Shown here: positions 24,101 through 33,100 of the stretch, one piece after another
How the letters are laid out: each line of letters opens with the position of its first letter
Position numbering within the stretch: position 1 is the stretch's first letter
NCBI GenBank assembly: GCA_964187785.1
Contig: OZ076409.1
Location: forward strand, 94,676,001 to 94,740,000
DNA length: 64,000 nucleotides
Direction of reading: 5' to 3'
DNA from: Amphiscolops sp. MND2022
Lineage: Eukaryota
Notes under the pieces: model-generated
Told to the model about the DNA's origin: nothing
The model's input: the letters and a program-made list of their open reading frames with translations, nothing else
Databases searched by the model: none
Translations under genes and position numbers: made by a program

Positions 24101-27100
24101 TTGTCGTGATATTCTTTGCTGTCTGTTAGCCCGCTGCACTTGAAGTGAATCCATCCGCAAACGTGGCACCAAAGCGATGGAGTTTTCTTGGAACCTTTGC
24201 CGAGACTTTTTTTGCATGATCCACAAACCCACTTCTTGTTTCCCATTTTCAGAAATTTGTAAGCCACTGATTAGGTACGGTTTCGCTATCAAGCTTCAGT
24301 TTCTTGTAAGGCGAGGCACCGGCAGCAAGTCTAATATGATGTTGATTTTGACTGCTAGTATGCCTAGCATAAGTGTTTGCTAGTAAAAATTGAGGAAGTC
24401 TGAGAACTTCAACCAAAGTTAAAAACTTTTTCGGTAGCTGTTTGGTATTAACCTGCAGTGCTGACAGAAACTCTACTACACTGATTCCAGTGTCCTGTTG
24501 ATCCAAAATTATGGTATGATTGGTATCATCTAATGTGGTTCGCTCACAATCTTCAATCTTTTTCAAAATTTGCCTCGACCTCTCAACTTTACCACCCGTG
24601 ACGCCAGATTCCAGTAAATTCGATAAAACTAGATCGGACGGTTTTTGGCGTGCTTCATTCACTTTCTCACTGCTTTTGCTGATATCTTTTTCTGTGGGAT
24701 ACCTTGAATTTAAATTCAACTGGGCTACTAGAGCGTCCTCTGATGACTGTTTTGAGGGTTCAGAAACATCCATGTCTTTTTCTTGTCGGTGAAGGTAGTC
24801 TGTGTCTTGACCCAGATTTGAAAGTATATGTTGCTTTTGTTTTTCGCGAGCATCTGGCTTTTTGACTTGTTGCTTCAAGGATATATACTCCTCGTGAGTG
24901 ATTAAAATAAGATCGCGTAAGCTACTGCTTGCTGTCATGGCAATTTTTCAAATGATTCAGAACTGACGGAATGACTAGTTTCAGCAAACGCATTCCTCTG
25001 TCAGAGCCTAACACTTGACGTTTTCTTTTCAAAGAGACGCGTCTCTTGGTGCAAATTGTTTCAATGTTCGTTTTTTCGCGTGAAAGCACAGCCATTTTTC
25101 GTTGAATGTTGTTTTCAAGTTTCACTTTTCCCGTCACTACATTGAAAATGCAATCACAAAAAAATTTAATTAACTCATCAGAACAGTGGAGAATAAAAAA
25201 CTTTTTCAAGGTAGGTGAAAACTTTTGGTATAAATCAAGAGTATAATAATTTTGTGAATTCATCGTTTAGTGAAACAAAAAGTTGATCTGTAGCACAATA
25301 AAAATGAGTTGGTACGTCTGCAGAGCAATGAGAGCAATATCTCAAGTTTCTATTGCTTCGAACATCCAGATCAATCATCAAATGACCGAATGGTTCCTGC
25401 GTAGCCCTTTTATATGCCTTCATTAAAGTTGATCGCTCTCCTAGTTGACGACCCAAGATTCCAATTTGCTCTAAATCTCGCGGGCTGTTGAACAGAATCA
25501 TCTGAGTGACATTCAGGTCGATCGTCTTCGAGTTTTTACATTGTTGAAAAAGGTTATGTCGCAGAACCATTAGATGTACGTTTTTGTGACGTCCAGCAAT
25601 AACTAGGTCTAGAAACTCTTTAGTTTGAGCAGCTTCATCATACAAGTCGTCGATAACAACAAGAGTTCTCTGCTTCAAAGCCTCGCTTCGCTCGACAGCA
25701 TTCCACTCCAAACCTTGAACAAGGTCAAGATCGACAGCTTTAGTCGAACACTCAAATCTAAGTTTTTCGTAGGAATCTTGATCGTGTTTGTAAAAATAGA
25801 TTATTCTATCGAAAGACGGTCGGAAAATTTTCTCTTGGTTTGAAATCATCCTTCCAATTAAGCGTGTCTTGCCACAGCCAGCAGGCCCGACGACTGAAAT
25901 GAAGCAATGCGGGTTAGTGCTGATTCTTTTGTTCATCGTTTTGGACCGGGTAAAACGTGGCCAACGCAAGCTGATAAAAGTGCCAAGACGCCTGATGCAA
26001 ATTTGCTCTCTGAATCACAAAGCGACAGAAAAATTATACAAAAAGATATTACTGCGAGTATGATAGCATAATGAAAGAAAACTAGGAGTAACGATCTCTC
26101 CACGCGTGAGTCACAGCAATTGAAGTTGAAGGGAGGTCTTTCTTGATCAGTGTTATCGAAAATTATCCTTTCAAGATTTGGACCAGACAAATCAGCGTAG
26201 TCAAGTTGATCTTCTTGATCTCGGGGGTTTTCGTTCAACGTCAACTCGCTACAATATCCACTGCTGCGACACGTATCGATTGTGCTCATAATCGTTAGTG
26301 TTTCGAATGCAACGTTTTCCCTCTAGTTCTGTTGCGACCGAACTCAAAGAGGTTCAAGGTAAGAAATGAAAATTCAGAAAGGGAATGCGTCGAAATGTTC
26401 GCGATGGAAAAGTTTGACAAACGTCCAATAAGCTATTCCGGAGACATGTCCTAGAAGCATATTATTCCGAAAGGATTGAGTTTTTGTAACGGTATAAACG
26501 TAACCAGGTCCTACGTTCTCAAAACTTCTCATGTAGCCATGAGCATCATGAAAAATTGCATGCAATCTCAATATCTTTGAAAAGTTAAAGTAGTCGTCAA
26601 GTTTGCTGTCTCCTGGTCCTATTTTGCCTCCAGACTGGGCTAAAGCATTGACTTTTCTCAAATCAACATTTTCATCCAGATAACGGCACACTGCTAGAAA
26701 TGCGTTTTTAGTTGTAGTGTTTCTTGGGAACAAATAATTTACGGCGTTAAAGTTCTCACAAATTTCTCGCGCTGAAAACATTTTCACTTCGTGAAAAGAA
26801 ATGTATTGGATCCAACTGATTTCTAGAAAAGTTTTTACAAAAATGAAGTATCAATTATAGTGTCTTCATTGAAGAGAGAAAATTCAGAGTTTGTGCTTTG
26901 GTCGTCTTGTGTTTCATGTAATGGCTGATAGAGACACTCGTAGCATGTGCATTGAGCATTTGAAACACCCAAGTCAATGTCCAACGTTCGGCTGTGCTCC
27001 GTAAGGAAAAGTCGCCCCATTCCCCGTTGTAGAAGATCGATGTAGGAAATTATTGTGTCTTTGAAAGGTGTGTCACTTTTCTCGAGCTGCAAAAGTTTCT

Positions 27101-30100
27101 GGAAAACGTAAAGTGCCTTCTCACTCTCGGGACAGTTTCCTAGGGAATTGTGTTTCTCAAATTCCCATGAAGATACAAACTTACAACCCAAAGTCTCAGT
27201 TGTTTTCACTTTGATTAGCTTCTGCATCCTTTCGCCTCTGATAATTAGCGATTCATCGTGGAACATTGAGATTTCCGTTTTCATAAAGTTTTCTGGGTAA
27301 GAGACGGTTAGTAGTTTGACTTTGGCATTTTGTACATTGGATAGCGTTTGAGAAACAGACTGTTTTATCAACTTCTCGGCTCCAGAAAAATAGGGAATGT
27401 AGAGCAGTATGTGAGAGTGGTTTGAAGGCATGGATTGGCAGAAATCGTTAAGTTCACCATCGCTATTCTCTCCGTTTTTGTGCTTCCTGTAAATGAACTG
27501 ACAACCATTCGAGTTTGTTAGTGTTTCGAGCATCTCTGCAACACTGACTGGCATCTCGGAATTACCTTCTTTTTGAGATTCTCGATTTTCATCAGTGGCA
27601 AACAGAACAAGCCAATAATTGAATGGTATTTCGCGAAATACAGTAGTCATATTTTCTGATTTTTCTTCTGAGTTTGCTTCTGATTTGTAATGAGGATACT
27701 TTAATAATGGCGTTTTCGCCAACCGTTATCTGGACAATTGCATCAATTTCATGATAGGAGGTGTCATAGGTGCCTTTTATGGGAGTTTTCCATGGAATTT
27801 CCAGAGTCTAAGTACATAGATACTGCTGTCGCTGTGTTTTTCAGTTTTCCGGAACGAACATGGCTTCACTTTGTCAGTTTATCAAAATCTCTTTACTTTT
27901 ACTTCTTAATGGCCTCAGGCCTCATGTTCAGCAGAGAAAAGGTTGGACTGCTTCATATTTTCATTAATGCTAAGATTATTCACTTTTATTGCAGTAAGAA
28001 GCTTCATCGGTTTGCAATGTAAATAATGCTTGACATACGGCACACATTTTGAATAAAGAATCAGTTTGACCTTTGAGCTTTATGACTTTGAAAGTTTTCG
28101 AGTTGGGAGCCCAAAACGTGCACACGAAATCTATCTTAGAATAATTTCGGTTGGGAGCCCAAAACGTGCATAAGAAATCTATCTTAGAAAATTTTCGCTT
28201 GGGAGCCAAAAACGTTCATAAACCCCCCCCCTCCTTTACTACTTACATCAGGATACGATAACCATTGACTTCAAAGTATATTGATAAAATCATACAATGT
28301 GTCAAATAACAATAAAGTAATGATATTATTGAAAGCAACATAGCACGCGGAAATAGAGCAACTAAACAAATCTCATTGGCTAACTAATTTCAGTTAACTG
28401 GCCTCACATGCTCATTCCATTGGTCGGGAGCTACTTCCACAACATCTTTTTCAAGTTTTCAAACTTTTGACCCACTTAAACTTTTTGATTTCAAGTTTCG
28501 ACATCAAATTTCTCCTGAACATTTCGAATCTGACTAAAATACGAAAATATTGCAAATTAATAAATTTCCAAATCGTATCGTAATACATGTATATTTGAAA
28601 AAACCTATTTTCATAGCTATTTTTTCTACGATTTTAGAATCATTTCTAAATCAAAACTAATTGAGGGCTTCAGTAAAATCAGGGTTGTTTCCATTGAGCA
28701 TGAAATTTTTCACAAATTTTGAGCAAAAGTGAGAAAAATCCCAATTTTTACATAAAGTTTGGCCAAAAATAGACTATCGTAACTTTTACAATTTTCATCG
28801 CATCATTGTCAAACAAACAAATTTGAAAGTTGAAGAAACTTATCTTTACCATTTTTCAAAAAATACTGCCATTTTTGAGATATTCTATTTTGAGATTTGC
28901 CTCATGTTGCTTTTAAAAATATCACTACTGTACACTCCTGTTAATTCATTCTAAAGCGCACAATTAATCACTGTACCAGTTTTCAACGCCTTTGATTTTT
29001 CTCGGACTAAAGAAAATACAACTACTAAGTTCACAATAGTATGACGTTTCGAATTCGTATTTGAATGCAGGCGAAGCTCTCCGCTCACGAATAATTGTCA
29101 CTCGTTCGCTTCAACGTTTCGAAAGAACCTCTACAAAAGAGGATGCAAACGCTACATTATTTAGTGGTGAACGCTAAAATGAGAATTTCTGCTTTCTGGT
29201 CTGAAAAATATCAAAACGTTCTGATATTTTTTGGTGCAAGTGTCAAAATATCCTCTAAGTTTTAATAACCATATCATTTTTTTTCATTCACCCAAGACGT
29301 TTTTTGAGCAAAAAAGTTGTTTTCGTGTTGCGCGGATAAGAAACAAGGTGTACCTGGGGCAATTAGGAAACATGGCCCCAATAGCGTATTACATACAATT
29401 GAAGCACAATGTTGATTGCCTCACTCACCTGATAGGTGGAGCTGAGTGTCTCGTAGCGGGAAGTAATTTCGCGCACTTCCGAGAACTCGTCAGACAACTC
29501 CAGCACCCCGTCCATGTAAGTGTGGAACTTCTTGTGCTTGTCCAGTTTCTCCTGGATCACATCTCGTTCCTCTTCCAGACCTTCATTCATTTCACGGGAA
29601 TGCAAATATAGTCATCATAATATTGTCATGATATAGGCATATTTTTGATCCCAGTTTCAAGAAACTGAAACCGGCTATTGTTTCAACCCATGCTCTCGGA
29701 TTCCGAAAAACGCCGAATTTCGTGGCGTGGTTTCCGCAAAATCAGTGCTGATTTGCAAAATTCACGCGCTTCAAGACATGTCTGCGGTATCGGAGGGCCT
29801 ACAGGCACAGAAATGTGTCTGTAGCGATTTAGCTTGCAGATGCACAGTAATGATTGCCCCTTGTATTTTAACCAACCCCATTTTGAGGTCTTATAATTTT
29901 CAGCAACATGCAGCACTTTATTTATCGTTATCAGCCCCCACTATTCAATAGTAGAGGGAGGAAAAAAGGCGTTTTTTCAAAATTTGCCGAAAATCTACGT
30001 TATTGATAATCCATTCAGTTAGTTACGCGGATATTTTAGTCACCGTGGCCCAGTTGGTAGTGCGTCCGCCTGACAGACAGGAAAAGGGGGGTTCGAACCC

Positions 30101-33100
30101 CGACTGGAGCCTGAAATTTTTTTCGGCTTTCTCAAGAAGTAGGTGGTCTCACCTTTGCCATACTTTTTTGTTTAAAAATATGGATGGGTTTCGAACCTCG
30201 CCTTTACCACACTTCTTTAACACACTTAGCGGGTGTCTTGTTTACATATTGTTGCAACTCAAAAATGAGATATATGCAGTTGCTAGTCAATTTATGTTTC
30301 TGTTTTACAACAAATATTGCTATAAAAACTTTCATGAAAAATTTGAGATTTTCACATGTTCATTCATCATAATGGTGTCAAAACGTTCACTGTATCAACA
30401 TGAACCTTCATGATTCAAGTCACGAACAAAATACTTTTTGGAACTTTTCCAACTTTTTAAATCTCCAGGGTTTTGCCTAATGCCCTCTTTTAGTCGAGTT
30501 TGAAGCTCCTAAATAACCTTTTTTAAAATCAGAGCCGCATGTGCGATAAAGGAGTCGGAAACGGGTTGAAGTATTGACACAGAGGCGAAGCGGTGCTTCG
30601 CAACACATGACGAAGACATCGATTATTTTAATATGCGTATATATTATTTTAATCGCATGCGTATATATTCAACAGTTCAACTTTGTGCAATAACGTCCCT
30701 ATGGCACAGTGGTCAACACTTATGCCGTGCAATCGGGAGGCTGCAGGTTCGAATCTCTCTGGGGTTTTGGCTCTTTTCTAAAAGGCGCTCATTATGAAGT
30801 TGACTATAGTGGAAAAAAACTTACTTAGCTGGACTGCAATGCACATTGACTTCGTCATGTGCAAAAAACAAATTACGTACTTTATTGTCATTTGGTCATT
30901 TTTGGACTAATTTTGGCTATCTGTCTCAGATCCCAGTCATAAGATTTTGATTGCGCAGTCATTGCGCACGCAGGAGCACCTTTGGGTGTAGAATGATTGT
31001 GCTAATGTTTACAAAAATCGTATGTCAGTTTTTGAGAAATATGAAATTTTCATTCAAAGGTCGGGAGAAAAAAAGGACGATTGCAGGAGCAGTCGGAAAT
31101 TTTTCCGATTCCTAACAAACAGGCTGCATGTAAAATTTGTTTGATCTGTTGGTTGAAAAATTCGAAACAACTTTCACGAAGCTGCTTCAATATGAGCTGT
31201 GAATAATAAATGCATCCCAGTTATTTCGTCCAACAAAGACTCGTGTTCCTTTTCCTTCTGTTGCTTGGAAGCCTTCTCGTCCAGAGCCTTTTTCACAGCC
31301 CGCATTCGCTTCGAGTCGTTTTCCTTCAAAAACTTGTCGAACTTGAGTAAACTTTCCTTTAAGGTACATTCCTTTCTTTCCAGCTCTTCCTGCCTTTGCT
31401 GCAAACTTTCCATCTTCATTTGAAACTCCTCCTTTTGGGCGCTCAGCGCTTGCTCCACCTGGTAATACCAAATTCACAACAATGGGGAGAAAACAATGGC
31501 CAGAGCCGCCGCATGTGCGGTAAAAGTGTCGGAAACGGATTGAAATATTGCAAATAGGCCCCTCCGGGGCACACTATTATTTCTGCTTTAATCTTTCATT
31601 AATAATCGAATCATATATGGAATACCAATACACTCCTGTTTAATCATTATTTAGCGCACAATTAAGTACTGTACCAGTTTATACCGCCTTTAATTCTTCT
31701 CGGACTATGAAAATATAACTACTGAGCGTAAACGAAGCATAATTACGAACATTCGCTCGCTTCATCTCAATGACGTCAGCGTACGAATGCATAATTACCA
31801 CTCGCTGGTTCCACCGCACGAGAATTGAAATGTCGTCGGCAGCTTGAGAAATTTAATTCTCACGCTTATAGTCACTGCTGAACAAAATATCTGAATTTTT
31901 CAGTATCACGACGAGAAGTTCACTGAAAAAAAGTTCACATCTTGAGGTTTCAATAATATTCCTGCTATCGCAGAAATAATAAACAAAGTACGTATTGTCG
32001 CAGTTTCTCTTAAGGATTTTTGGACTAACTTTGGCTTGTTTCTCAGACCCCAGTGTTACGATCTTGATGTCATTGCACACATAGGACCTCAATATGAAGT
32101 AGAATGACTGTAAAAATATCGTTCTAATTGTATGGATAGTTTGAGAAAATTGAAAAAAAAAGTCCAAAAATGGCTGTTTTTGGTCATTTTTGGACGAATT
32201 TTGGCTGTTTCTCAGATCCCAGTCATACCATTTTGATGTCATTGTACTTATAGGACCCTAACATGAAGTAGAATGACTGTAAAAATTTCGTTCTAATTGT
32301 ATGGACAGTTTTTGAGAAACTCTGCTCTATGTGCTTCTTGTATTGAATAGAGCTTAGAGCTTTACTTGAATTAATGATTCTAGTAAACCTATGTACTGTC
32401 CAGTGTTTGGACATCGCTAATTTCAAATTCGTTATGTCGCTGAAAAAAGTTTCCATCTAACTAATAAATCTTTGACGTCAAGTATATTCTAAAATTTAAT
32501 GATAACTTCATGCTTTCTTTCAAAAAACAGGAATTTTTTACTCTGTGGTGAGCGGGGTTTAACCAAGGTAAAAGTTGGAATTTTTGAAATTCATTTTGAA
32601 ACCCCATTAGCGGCCTCTTAGGTAACTTTGATTTTGGACATTCTATCATTTGCCGCTATTTTGAATCGCTAATGAAATCACGGCCGCTTATTCTCTAAAT
32701 CGCTGATTGGCGGTGTCAAAACTCTGGTACTGACTGACCCAGGATGCCCAGTTTTTTTGAACAAAAAAGCCACCCAATTCAAATCATATAAATTTACGTG
32801 GTTTTTACTTCAAAAAAAAAGTTACCTAACGTTTCTTCGAAAAACAACATGTTTTAGTAACCATAAATTATAATAGGAACAAAATGTTGAACAGAATATC
32901 TGAGATAGGTATACACAAAAGTATTCAAAGCTTATTGCGTAACGAAAGAGTCAATAATATTTCCAGATATGACGTATCTGTGTCCACTTTGGGCACTTAA
33001 CTAAACACTTAATCTCTTAAAGCGTAAAAAAAAGCGACCAAAAAGCGACTTTGGGAAAAAAGCTTTGCCACACTAGACTGACCTCTTTCATTTCGCGTCG

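Larger units (their letters stand above)
14375..28243. mobile_element. Complete Polinton/Maverick (adintovirus-like endogenous virus), 13,869 bp
   Basis: Termini AGTAGTAAAGGAGGG...CCCTCCTTTACTACT; 6-bp TSD TACATC (14369-14374 and 28244-28249); ~250-bp TIRs; encodes pPolB, integrase, ATPase, protease, MCP and mCP. Confidence 0.98.

Noticed and set aside
30695..30768. Functional tRNA genes (also 9255, 30045, 40660, 54176)
   Set aside because: A and B boxes are present but the cloverleaf stems are broken and the sequences sit in dispersed repeats; treated as SINE heads or pseudogenes.
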